DNA of 40,184 nt from Proteromonas lacertae (taxonomy: Eukaryota), in assembly GCA_002245135.1 (NCBI GenBank), contig NGBS01000351.1, positions 1-40,184 on the forward strand. The letters are read 5' to 3'. Both the position numbers and the translations under genes were made by a program. The notes beneath the pieces were generated by a model that was given only the letters and a program-made list of their open reading frames with translations, did not search any database and was not told the origin of the DNA. Positions 24,106 to 36,000 of this stretch are shown piece by piece; within the stretch, counting starts at the first letter, position 1; every line of letters starts with the position of its first letter.

Positions 24106-24994
24106 TTTTGTTAATTAATTAATAAATACTATTATTTTTTAAACTGTTTGACTTATTTACTATCTGAATAACTATCTTAAGCTCTATTTCAATCGTTTAT
24201 CCCATAAAAACAATTTAACTAAGTCATTAAGACATATTTATTTATAACTAACTGATAATTGAACCTTTTTCTTAAAAAACAAATCATTCAACTAAATTTT
24301 GGCAATCTTGTATCTATTCGAGGAAGTCAACATATTTTACATTTCCATAGCTTCTATTATTGTTAAATTATCACCTTCTTGAACATAATTTACTTACATT
24401 TATTAAACTACTAGCCATTGGATAAGTTAAGAATTTAGAATCATCTACTTCTCGTTTTATAATCATGAATTTTGATAATTTGCTTTCTAAAGCATTTCTT
24501 ATACCTACAACGAAGTTATCTCTATTGAATTGTAATTGATATACTTCTACTAATCTTTTCATATATTGTAAAGCTACTTCTTTTATATTCAATTTACCTC
24601 TCATGATTTAGCTTTGAATATCTAGCTTTTACAACCATTCTTTAAAATTTCTCAGGTGTAAGAAGACCTTTATCATTTGTAATTGTGATCTTATTAGCTT
24701 TACCAATACTCTCTTTTACAACACTTACATTCAAAGCATTATTAGTTATTATATATTGTCATAGATTCTTCACCTTCAAACACTTGAATTAACACATCGA
24801 GTTGTTAATCACTGTATGTACTAAATACTTGAGTATTATTAACTGAAATTTTGATATTAATTGTAATTAATTAACTTCTATTAATCCTTTCATATATTCA
24901 AAAGCTAATTCTTTAACTTTGTATAACTTTTACTTTGTTAAATCATCTCTTCTAAAAAACCTTTTTAAATCACTATAATTTCTTTTCTGTTCAA

Positions 24995-25225
24995 TAAACA
25001 AGTCTCAATTATCACTTTAACAAGCACACATTCCTATATTATAGTGAAATTCCCATTGCCCAAATATCACTCAATGGACTTATACTACCTGTTTTAATTG
25101 ATTTGTTTAATATTTTTATTGCATATTGATTCTTTGATGGATCTTCACATAATTCAACTAATTTCTTTATTAATTTATATTGATTGATATGTCCATTACC
25201 ACTTTGATCTACTTGTAACTTTAAT
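24995..25225 (-). pseudogene. internally deleted CaMKK-like kinase relic, copy 1
   Basis: HINQYKLIKKL, VELCED...YAIKILNKS and SDIWAMGISL juxtaposed; near-identical inverted copy at ~26637-26868. Confidence 0.6.
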
Positions 25226-25479
25226 ATATTCATTCAAACTCAATCGTTTTAAACTCATTCCAATAATAATCATCACTAGTAAATTTATCTAAACGTTGGT
25301 TCTACCAATTGTTAATCTTGAACTAGTTATTGTAGATAAATTGTACCTGAACCAGGAACATCAATAGGTCAATAGAAAAAACTAGCATCAACTATCAATA
25401 ACTGAGCATATAAATAAGCGAATTTAAATATTCACAATTATTCTTCTTTTGATGAATGCTTTGTTGGGAATGTTTAAAC

Positions 25480-26100
25480 TAACCAACATAATTCATAGGT
25501 AATTGAACATTTCCAAATGCAGAAGGAACTGGGATATACTTTAAATACTTACAATTTGAACAACGAATTGCGACTTTGATGGCTTTTGGTCTTTAAAGAG
25601 ATGCACTGATTATAAGTCCTGATATACTGACTAGCTTGTTCACATGATTTGCCTATTATATATATGTACATTAAAAATCATTTCATTTATACATTTAATG
25701 ATCGGATTGATATTGAGTTTTGTGAAAATTTTAATAAGACATTGATTGAGGGAGGATTTTCTGCATTTAACTCATTTTCTACTACTCTTTGAGCTGCAAT
25801 TTCAAACTATTGATAAGTAATAATAATTGTTTAATGTACTTGTGGTAAATAACAATTTGTCTCTCTTTGTAATACATCAAGTAAAACATTGTTGAATATT
25901 CCTAGATGAGCTAAATTAATTTCTACAAAATATTCACCTCTGTTGAAATTTTCCAATAATGATTTTCTAGTGATAAGAATAATCAATATATTTATATATA
26001 CCTGTAGATATAAATATTGTTTTCACTATAATCTCTTAAAAACTCTTGAAACTTTGTTTGAGCTTGTAAAGGTTCTAAAGCAGACGATTCACCATTAAAA
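25480..26100 (-). pseudogene. MCM5: MCM5-like N-terminal fragment
   Basis: Spliced translation: FQEFLRDY...IYRKSLLENFNRGEYFVEINLAHL...SISIRSLN...HVNKLVSISGLIISASL*RPKAIKVAIRCSNCK...FGNVQLP; in-frame stop and no AAA+ domain. Confidence 0.65.
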
Positions 26101-26255
26101 ATCTTTCATAAAGATAACAAGCCTTCAAACTTTTTACCACTTTGTTTATTAATATTTCTTTAATTTAAAATTCTGGAAAGAAAATAACGGGATGTACGGG
26201 TTCTAGCCCTGTAGTAGTTCCAAATATTTTTGAATCTGAGGTAGAAATAAAAACA

Positions 26256-26868
26256 GTGAAGTTAAATATACATGAAAAAGCTTTTAAAAACCAAAATGGT
26301 GGAAGTCAACAGAATTCATCTCGAAACCAACCATTGTCATCTAGTAATATTATAAAACCTTCAGTTAGACCACTTGGTCAATCTGTTGTAGGTGGTAGGC
26401 ATACACATCAATCAATAGGATCAGTTGGTATGTCTTATTGTTCTGAAGAGTGTGATAATCCTGAAGTTTATGATTGGCTTACAAACGAATCACCTCGAAA
26501 TTCCACAACCTCTCATGAAAGAGAAGCTCGAAAAAATGTCAAAAAGTATAGTACAATACTTGTGATATAAGTGAAAATATTCATGCAAAATTAAAACGTC
26601 ATGTAACAATCGATAAGCCTATGGAGCAAACTAATTTATTAAAGTTACAAGTAGATCAAAGTGGTAATGTACATATCAATCAATATAAATTAATAAAGAA
26701 ATTAGTTGAATTATGTGAAGATCCATCAAAGAATCAATATGCAATAAAAATATTAAACAAATCAATTAAAACAGGTAGTATAAGTCCATTGAGTGATATT
26801 TGGGCAATGGGAATTTCACTATAATATAGGAATGTGTGCTTGTTAAAGTGATAATTGAGACTTGTTTA
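26256..26868 (+). pseudogene. CaMKK-like kinase relic, copy 2, with low-complexity N-terminal region
   Basis: ORFs 26256-26570 and 26621-26824; same collapsed kinase motifs as copy 1. Confidence 0.6.
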
Positions 26869-27927
26869 ATAATAGGTAAAATTGGTGAAGTAACAACAAT
26901 TAATGATATAATAATCACAATTCTATGAGAGATAGAATAAAAATGAATATATATTACACTAAAGGTAGAAAAACACTTAAAGATGGTAAAGTTGTAGTTC
27001 ACCTATTTAATCAACAATTGTCTGGAATTTTTCAAATTGAAGTTGAATGGAATTATTTCAAATATTATTCTAATCTTACTAAATATGACTTTAATAACTA
27101 TATATATGGTATTTATTTGTATATTGAATTGAATTTTTGTTATTATGGGTATAAAAAAGTGTATGAGCTTGAATAGAATTTGGACCATAAGATTTTTTTG
27201 CTCATTAAAAAAAAATACGTTTAAATTTTGTAACGAATTAATTTTTATGAGCTTGATCTAAAGCTCTAAATTTGGACCATTGCCTAAATAATTGAAAAAT
27301 ATATTCAAGCTTTAGTTTGAAAATTCCATTTATTTTCAAGTTTATTAGGTTATGTCCTATAGAAATCAACATAATTTTCTATATTATATATGTATTTTTA
27401 CAGTATAATAATGAAAGAAAGGTGGTTATGTATACCTATACATAACCCCCTATTGTTTTTCCGTTTCAAAAAAATATCCGTTTTATAGTATACATAACCC
27501 CCTATGTGTTTTTTGTCCGTTTCATAATCAAACCATAATTCAAGCTTACATTATTTTTTCGCTTTTCTGTTTGAATTTAAACAAAAATAATTATTCCATT
27601 TGAATCCTCATCTTATGATGAATCTATTTATGTTGTTAGTTCAAATTATAGAAAGTGAATGACATATAATTTCAAAAAATAATTCAATAAAAACAATCTC
27701 AATAGGATGGCCACCATACTGTGTGATATGACAACATATGGTGACCATCCTATGTAATAAAAAACAAAACAAAAAAATGGAGTTCAAGTCAACTCTCGAA
27801 ACGCATCTATTTTTCTATTATTGAAATTCTTATAAGACTTGTTATAATGCTAATTAATTATGTAAATTATGAAAACAACACTCCCACACAAACACAATCA
27901 ATCATTTGAACCAATTAGGACCAGAGA

Positions 27928-28726
27928 TTAATAATCATTTTGGTACTCTGGCTCCTCATCATCATCATCTACTATATATTGTGAGAAGTTATCATCATCA
28001 TCTTCCTCTGTAGTACTATCTTCTTGTTTTTGGTTTTTGGTTGAAATGTTTTTTTGATTTATTTTCTTTCTTTTGAATCTTGGAGTTTTAGATGTACTGC
28101 ACTTTCTTTTTGTCGATACCACCTTTAACAACTTGTTGTTGTCATCATCATCATCATTATAATCATCATCATCCAGATTATCAAACAACGATGCTACAGA
28201 GACTTTACTACTTACCATACTTTCAGCAGTACTTCTGTAAACTATATCTCCTTTCGAATTCTTGTTTTCTTCTTTTTCGCATTTTGCTAAATCGTTGTCA
28301 CCGAAATGTATGATATACATACAAGTCAGTTCCACCATGTCCTCCATTGCATGGTCAAGCATACGATCATACTATTGATTCAAAATAGAAATATATATAA
28401 ATTGGATATACGATGCTTTTGTCCAGATCCTCTTTATACATGATATTACATAGCAGGACAGACATCAACACTCTGGACATTTTTAACCTTTCATGTCGAT
28501 CATCAATCTTTTCAATTTCTGTGAATCTTTTGTACCATGTAGTGAAACGCCTTATACTGAAGTTACCATTCCAGCTATAGACATATAATAATATAATATA
28601 CCTATATCGTTGCAAATCTTTCTCATGTTCCACAATCGTCTTAAAATTCTCACACAAAATTTTATATATGCTCGGATTTGGATCATTAATGAAACTGTTT
28701 TTGTATAGTATCTTCCAGTTGCTCAT
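27928..28726 (-). CDS. hypothetical ~243-aa spliced protein with acidic/basic C-terminal tail
   Basis: GT-AG introns 28575-28601 (27 nt, optional because in frame) and 28372-28411 (40 nt) join the 119-aa and 144-aa ORFs; KRKK NLS-like motif. Confidence 0.6.
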
Positions 28727-29422
28727 AATAAGTGAATGAAAGGGAAATAACGTTGAACAATGAACAAATGTTATATGTATATATGAAACGGATATATATA
28801 TTTTTTAATGTTGTTATAAAGACATATAACTCTATTAATTTAGATAATAATCATAATGAAATGAATTTCATTATTACTTTTGTTTTTTGTTTTTGGACCA
28901 TATGTTTAGCACTAATAGTTACGATCCACATTTATACAGCTCATATAGCAACCAAAACCCATATCCTGTCAAACCGTTACCTACAAATGGTAACTTATCA
29001 CTTGCAACATATATTAACCATGGAGCACCGAATATTACACATCCAACAAGAGAGGCTTCGTATGAAGACCAAATGTCAAACCAAATTGCCCAATATCGAT
29101 CACGCTTAGATGAACTATATAAAAAATATTATTACCTTAATGAAAATGAATTTGTCAAAATGACACAACATTTGTCTAGTATGAATGACATAGCTCCACC
29201 ACCAGATGTAGTACGTGAATACTTAAGGAGACAACCTGGAAAACAAATTGTTGATTTCATATATATAAAATAATAATCCATTCGCTACTATCAAGAAGCC
29301 AGGGTACTTCCAAATGGATATAGTGTTTTTCTTACCTGATATGGAACATTTGTATTTTATCGAAATGAATTCAAGAAAAGTATGGGCAATATTTATGCCT
29401 AATAAATATGGTGATAATAGTA

Positions 29423-31341
29423 GTTTCAAAAATATCGTTCGATTTGGCTCGAACGTTCGATTCATTTTTTTTTAACTTTCTTTTGTTTTTTATTTGATTT
29501 TTCTAATATATCATAAATAAATACATCATAATATATATTTTTGAAAATATAAAATTCCATATCTCTTTCTATTTAACAAAATAAATTAAGTCAAGCTCGA
29601 GCCTAAATTCCAAATCGTTCGAAGTATTTTAAACGCTAACTAGTTGAAATTCTTTTGAGTTAATATTTTAAATGGCTACTATATTATATGTATTAATTTT
29701 GGCCAACATAAAATCAAATGAAAAACCCCTACAAAATATTTTTTTAATTCGGACAATTGTATAAAATTGTATAAAACCTTCTTTTAGGCTAATTACTCTT
29801 CTGGGATGTTTGTTATCTTTCTAATTCGTTTAATGTCATTGTCTAGAACGAAGTCACCCTGTTTGTAAAGACATGCCATACATGCTTCACGATATCTAAA
29901 AGCATATTTATGTCTGGTGGCTTGGCTTGACATTATTTCATTCCAAATTCTTTTTGCAGCTTCTTCTAGGCTATCTAAGTCTTTGAAATTGTTTTCATCT
30001 TCACTAATCTTGTGTTTTAGAGTCGCCCAGACCTTTTCAATAGGATTTAAGTCTGGAGAAAACGGTGGATGTCTGATAGGTTTCCAACCGTTCCTTTGAA
30101 GATATTCTGTGGTATACCTACTTTTATGTATGCTGGCATTGTCTTGTAAGAAATAACATTGTCTCTGATGGTTTACCAATGGATGCTGTTGAATTAGAGG
30201 CGGTAAAGTTTTCTTTAAAAATCGACAATATCTAACTGAATTTATTCCCTTACTTACACCATCTTTGGGTTCAAATGACTTCTGCATAACCATCAGATCA
30301 GTGAATCCATACTCTGAAAAGGCACCCCAGACCATAACGCCTGCGTTTCCTTTGATCCTTTGCTTCCTAATAATAGGTTTTCCAGAGATACTCCATCCAA
30401 CACTTTTAACATTTCTAAGTCTAATCATCGACTCATCTGAGAACATAATCGTCTTATAATCCAAGAATATGTTTTGAGATACTGTCATTAATCTTTCTTC
30501 AACGTTCTTTTGGGTCAAGCCTGGACAAACTCCACTATTTCCAAAAAAGATCTTCCATGATTTACAATAACGACGAATTGTACTTAATGATACTGTTGAG
30601 GGGATTAAGCTGTTCTTCACCAACACATTTCTGAGTGTTTTGGCAGATTGAATTGTAATGCCATTAACTTGACTTCTCAAGATATAATCTCTAACAGCTT
30701 GCCCACTAATGATAGAGTTCAAAATAATTGGCTTTCTCCCTCTTCTAACCTTAGGTGGTGAAATACTTGATTTGGCTTTGGACGTCTTCAACCCCATAAT
30801 TTGTAAGTACTTCCAAATAGTACTCTTGGTTCTTGCCGTTTTTAAGGCAATTTCTCCAATACTACAAGATTGATTTACCAGAGCTCTAATTTTCTCTTTT
30901 TCAGACTCTGTAACAGGAGTTTTTTTGACAGTGACTTTACATGGTTGTTTTGGGGATCTCATTTGCTCTAATTAGCGAGAAAGATCTAAATAAAGGGAAT
31001 GAAAATTCAGACAAAACGACTATTTTTATTGAAATCGTTCGATTTTTGTTTTTTCGATTTTTAATTATAAAAAAGTTATTTGATCAGTCTAAAATTCAAA
31101 TTTTGTTAATTACCTATAAGGTAGCAATAGATTTATGATATAAAAATCAATAGATAAAGAGACATTTCAAAAAGTGAGAAATAAAAATTAAAAAAAATAC
31201 AACAGCTAGTTTAGTTTTTTTTTATTATTTTTGGTTATATTTTTTATTTGGCTGAATTATTGATAGTTTTCTTTTATTTTATAAAAACTCTATCAAGTCA
31301 AGCTTGTAAATAGTACAAAAAAATAAAGACAATACATATGT
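29423..31341 (-). mobile_element. Tc1/IS630-family insertion flanked by direct repeat ATAGTA
   Basis: ATAGTA at 29417-29422 and 31342-31347; removing the insertion restores the integrase frame. Confidence 0.75.
29793..30962 (-). CDS. Tc1-type DD34E transposase
   Basis: N-terminal HTH, RRGRKP, FSDES, VMVWGAFS, QDNASIH-(34 aa)-SPDLNPIEKVW. Confidence 0.95.
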   Translation of the reverse strand: MRSPKQPCKVTVKKTPVTESEKEKIRALVNQSCSIGEIALKTARTKSTIWKYLQIMGLKTSKAKSSISPPKVRRGRKPIILNSIISGQAVRDYILRSQVNGITIQSAKTLRNVLVKNSLIPSTVSLSTIRRYCKSWKIFFGNSGVCPGLTQKNVEERLMTVSQNIFLDYKTIMFSDESMIRLRNVKSVGWSISGKPIIRKQRIKGNAGVMVWGAFSEYGFTDLMVMQKSFEPKDGVSKGINSVRYCRFLKKTLPPLIQQHPLVNHQRQCYFLQDNASIHKSRYTTEYLQRNGWKPIRHPPFSPDLNPIEKVWATLKHKISEDENNFKDLDSLEEAAKRIWNEIMSSQATRHKYAFRYREACMACLYKQGDFVLDNDIKRIRKITNIPEE

Positions 31342-32221
31342 ATAGTATAAATAGAGAATGGGATGGCCAAGCCAAACCCATTTTTGATTCTACTATTATT
31401 ACATTGGATGCATTTCAGAAATGGTATTATGAAACAGATGCCTATGGAAACAAAACACATAAAAATGTGGTAAGTATCCTATCAGATGCTGATGCTAGTT
31501 TTTCAAATATCAAGAAGTTATGTGATGCTGAAGGAATATCATATTTTCAAAAAGATAGTTCAGAGCATAAAATAGAGTCATTATTGGATAGATCAGTGAG
31601 TGTGATAAAAAGACTGTTGTACAAACACTTGGTGGATCTGGGATATGATGCACCTACATATATGGCAGATATTGATCACAATGATAAGCATATTATACCA
31701 GATATGAATTATAAATTAAAACTAGATAGTATAATACAGGAAGTGATAGATGACTATAATAACAAGCCATTACCAGGAATTAAAGGATATACCCTAAATG
31801 AGGTATTCCATAGTCCAGAATTACAAAAACAAATATTACAAAAATCAATTAACTACAACTTAAAGAATTATGAAAAATTGGACCATACTGGTCAAAATTT
31901 CGAAGTAGGTGATTTGGTGAGATTCAAAGAGAGAAGACGTAAAATGGATAAGAACATATACTGGTCAGACAATGTATATAAGATAATCAAGAAAAATCGA
32001 TATTCATACAATTTAGGTGATATCAATGGGAATGACATTCAAGGTTTTTCATTAATTCGATTCAAACACTATGAGTTGCAGTTAGTGAGAAAAGATGATG
32101 CACCAACCACATGGTTTAGAAAAATACTGGAGAGACCCAAGAGAAAGAAGGGAGACAAATCAATATTGTAACGAATTAATTTTTATTATGCTATATATTG
32201 TATATGTTGTTTTTTATTATT

Positions 32222-32409
32222 GGGCATTGGATAGACTAGCTACGATGAGGGCTGCGTTTCTAATTTATAATTATTTATTTATTAAATTAATTTCACAAGG
32301 ACTTTATGGAAGTTTAATAATTTCTACTTGGATGTGTTGTTTAATATTGCGCCATTGAAATTCGGCTTGAATCATCCTGGCACTGTATATCTAAATGCCC
32401 CTTTTTTTT
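32222..32409 (+). ncRNA. putative structured small RNA 1 (VA-RNA-like, possibly Pol III)
   Basis: 5' GGGCATTGGATA...GCTACGATGA pairs with 3' TCATCCTGGC...TATCTAAATGCCC; followed by a T8 run; B-box-like GGCTTGAATC at 32364. Confidence 0.5.
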
Positions 32410-32417
32410 ATTTAATT

Positions 32418-32510
32418 GGGATCTGATAGACTGTGCAAGGAAAAAAGAGTCATGCAGCTGGCATTAGTGGTTCGATTCCTAGCACAGACTATTAGTAATC
32501 CCATTTTTTT
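32418..32510 (+). ncRNA. putative Pol III hairpin RNA 2 (VA-RNA-like)
   Basis: Stem GGGAT/ATCCC, CTGATAG/CTATTAG, CTGTGC/GCACAG, AGGAA/TTCCT; perfect B-box GGTTCGATTCC at 32469-32479; T7 run at 32504-32510. Confidence 0.65.
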
Positions 32511-32572
32511 AATTTCTTTTTTTTAAAATATTTTATTATACATATACATATAGTATATTCTATTTTTTATAT

Positions 32573-32980
32573 ATGCTTACACTACCACCACAGATTGAAT
32601 ATAAATTACCAGAACTTGAATCCAAGGTAACAAAGAAATATCATTTAAGTGGTCCAGACATCTACTTGGATTTGTATAGCCTACAATTCCTTATATTTTT
32701 TTATCATCGAAAACCTATATATCAATGGTATTTTGAGTTAACACATAAAATGATTAACATGATCATGAGTCAACGTTTGATATTAGTGTTTGTAGGTCCT
32801 TGTGACTTAGGAGATAGAGATTATCCGAAAGTTACATATACACCAACAATGAAAAAAGTAATCATCAGAATGCCACAAAGATGTTTTAATGGTAAGATGC
32901 CAATATTTTTCAAATGTACTCATATGGATTTAGAGATGATAAATTATATTGAAACTCATACAATATTTCACCACACATAA
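32573..32980 (+). CDS. hypothetical protein (element accessory gene)
   Basis: ATG-started 135-aa ORF of protein-like composition, convergent with the protease ORF. Confidence 0.55.
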   Translation: MLTLPPQIEYKLPELESKVTKKYHLSGPDIYLDLYSLQFLIFFYHRKPIYQWYFELTHKMINMIMSQRLILVFVGPCDLGDRDYPKVTYTPTMKKVIIRMPQRCFNGKMPIFFKCTHMDLEMINYIETHTIFHHT

Positions 32981-33026
32981 AAAAACAGAAAAAAAAAATA
33001 ATTAAGTAATAATTATATATTATATA

Positions 33027-36000
33027 TTATATTAAACCAAATTGTTTTTTCATTAACCTAATTTTTGCTTCACCCACTATTGTATTATAGTCAGTAGCCT
33101 TTTTGAAACTACACTGATCTCTTAAAATATTTTTCAAAAAATTAATAGCAAAAAAACCACAGTTGGCAGTATTTGAATTTTGGTTCTGTACTCCATTGAT
33201 TTTAAGTTCATACTTTTCATTATGATACTTCTTTAATTTTTTCAAATTTATTTTAAATTCTTCCAAGTGTTGAGGATCTTCACCAAATGAATCATAGTAC
33301 AGGAATTGCTTCTTGATATTGTCAACTACTAAAGCAACCCAATGACCTATAGAATCAGGGCTAGCTTGTGTGGTGAGTGTATTGATTATGATTCCCCATT
33401 GATTTTTCTTTTTAGGTATAGGAAGTACAAGTTCGTCCCAGTAGAACACTCCCATGAACTTTCCATGAAAATTATTGAACTCATTTTTCACAATTAACTC
33501 TATATCAAAGTTTGATAAGGCATCTGAAGTGATACTGTTATACAAAACTTTCCTACGTGAAATTAATTTCTTTACTTTTTTATTATTTCCATTACCTATT
33601 CCAAAGTAACTCATAGCTTCACTGAGTTGTTTTGCTTGATCTAAATTACTCACTGCTCTACCAAAATTAGTGAGTGAACTTGGAATTGTTTGTTGTGAAC
33701 GTTTCACGTAGTTATCCATTTTGATTGCATTCTTGTGTTGATATGGTGTTGGTTTTAACCAGTTTAATAAACCACCTGCATCTAGCAAACCAAAACAAGC
33801 AGTCAATGCACTGAATACTGTTCCTATACCTGCAACAGTTTGTAATATACCTGTTGGATCAGCTGCAACAACAGTTTTTGCCATTGATGGCATAGCTTTT
33901 GATAATTCACTGATACCTTTAACTGCTGCTGCAGCAGTTGTTGCATCACCTCCATTTGCAGCTGCAGCTACAGTTGCTGCTGTTTTTAATGTATCACCTA
34001 CATTTTTTGCATCTATATTTCCTATATTAGAAAATTTGTAGAAGAATGGAACTAATTGAAATAAGTATCGAACATATGGATGAGTATTGAACATAAATGA
34101 AACACCAAAGTTATACAACAAGTCTACAGGTAACCATGATTTTTGAATTGCTTCAGGTAACATTGACTTAACTTTTTCTGAATTACCATAATACAAGTCA
34201 GTGATAGCAGGTAATCTACCACCTGACAACATACGAATTATTTCATAGTAGTCGAAAATGAAGTACCACATTACATACAAGAACCCTGATGTTGGTAGCT
34301 TGGATTTTTTCCATAACCAATAAGCCAAACATGTCATTACTATTGCACGAACATATTTCATTGCATGATCTACTTCAAACATTTGAGGAGTAACTCCACC
34401 TACCAAATATGACTTCATTGTATAGTATATTTGTGGAAATATCCTAAATACATTCTCTACACACAGGAACAAATTACCAGCAAAACCCATAAAATCAGAT
34501 TCACGTAATGAATCAATTGCTTTTTGAAACTGTGAATTTTCAAATTGTGCCCATGAACTACAAGCAGTTTTCACTAAACCAATAGCTATTTCATATTTTT
34601 GTTTATTATCTGCATTCACCCACTCTTGAGGAAGTGAGTGACCTAACTTCTCTCTGTTATAATCAAAGTTAATGAAATCTCTACTATTTTGTGATGCTAT
34701 TTCATTCAGTTCTCTATATTTATCTTCATTAATCCATGTATGCGGTTCTTTATCTATATCTATAGCACTATTCACCAGTTCTTGATTTTTTGGATCTAAT
34801 GCCCATCTATAAAATTTTGATCTTTCTAATGTCTCTTGATCATCCATATATCTTTGTGCCTTTTGATTATTCAATGCAATATATTCTTTTACTTTTTCAG
34901 CTCGATTCGGATCAAAATTATATGGATCTGAATATTGATTGATCTTACTTACTCCATCAACTAATTCATTTTGCAAATACTCCTGCTGTAATAATAGTTT
35001 GTTATAATATTCTATTGCATCTTTATCATTACCTGTTAATTTATCCCAAGTTGAGGTCAACCAATCTTGTCTATAATTTTTATAGGCTGCTAATTGAGGA
35101 TTCTTTTCTATAATCTCTTGTAATGATTTATAATTTTGTAATTTAGGAAATTTTTGTAACAAAGGATCTGTAACTCTATTCATTCCATTATCATATGCCT
35201 GAACATCTGCTTCTGTAACATATTCAGGCCAATTCAAAAGATAGCTTCTTGGATTAGATGTATCTAATTCTGCTAATGGGAATGTTTCTCTTAAATGTCC
35301 TGTTTTATGTTCACGATCTAGCATATCATAAAAATTAATATGATAATTGTTAGGCAACAAAGAAGCATAATTATTAGTTAAAGCATATTGAACCTCTTTT
35401 CGAGCTTGTCTATTCAAACCTGGACTAAATAATTTATCATAATTCCAATTATAATCATATCCTACAGTTTCTTTTGGTATATATGGTTGAATATATTCTG
35501 GTATTTGACTTGGCTGTAATTGTGATGTTCCATTATAAGCAGCACTAGCAGCATCATACATTTGTTGTCTTGGATTAGTTATAATGACATGCTCATTAGG
35601 ACCAACACTTTGACCCACTCTTAATGGTATAATACCACTATTACCACCTAATTTCTTAGTAGCCAAGAGATGCCTCCGTGGGATACTCTCTAATTTTAGT
35701 TTATTTCTTCTGTGATGTTTCTTATGTTTGAAATGAACATGTTTTCTTCTACCTGAACCTGTCTTTGGATATCCATCTAAAGACATACCAAATAAACCAT
35801 AATTTACTTTAGGCCATAAATGATATTCACTACCCATACCATTAATTAAATTACACACATCTGATCGTGCTTCTGGAACACTACGACCACATTGATATTT
35901 GAAATAATGTAAGTAATCTACTAATTGATCTATTGTTCCTCCATAGCTGGAATACTTTGATATAATATCTAATGGCAATCCTACATTTTTACATACATTT

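Larger units (their letters stand above)
28902..32171 (+). pseudogene. Polinton-type retroviral-like (rve) integrase, split by a Tc1 insertion and frameshifted near 29270
   Basis: LYKKYY...VREYLRRQ; then PGYFQMDIV...YFIEMNSRKVWAIFMPNK (29272-29422); then ILSDADASF...LLDRSVSVIK, YNN, FEVGDLVR, WSDNVYKI, YELQLV (31348-32171). Confidence 0.85.

Noticed and set aside
29793..30962. Fanzor/TnpB nuclease associated with the IS630/Tc1 element
   Set aside because: No RuvC or zinc-finger ORF within or beside the insertion.
29423..31345. Tc1 insert acting as a spliceable GT-AG intron
   Set aside because: The GT/AG combinations I tried at the junctions give an immediate stop or the wrong phase.
32095..32358. 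87-aa ORF overlapping the integrase end
   Set aside because: Low-complexity AT-derived composition, and it overlaps the predicted hairpin RNA.
32454..32486. tRNA gene suggested by GGTTCGATTCC
   Set aside because: No cloverleaf: D and anticodon arms and a T-stem are lacking, and the motif overlaps the 3' arm of a long terminal stem.
33100..33117. TTTTTGAAACTAC as the missing right TIR of the Tc1 element
   Set aside because: Short AT-rich match inside the intact protease coding sequence, beyond the integrase 3' half.
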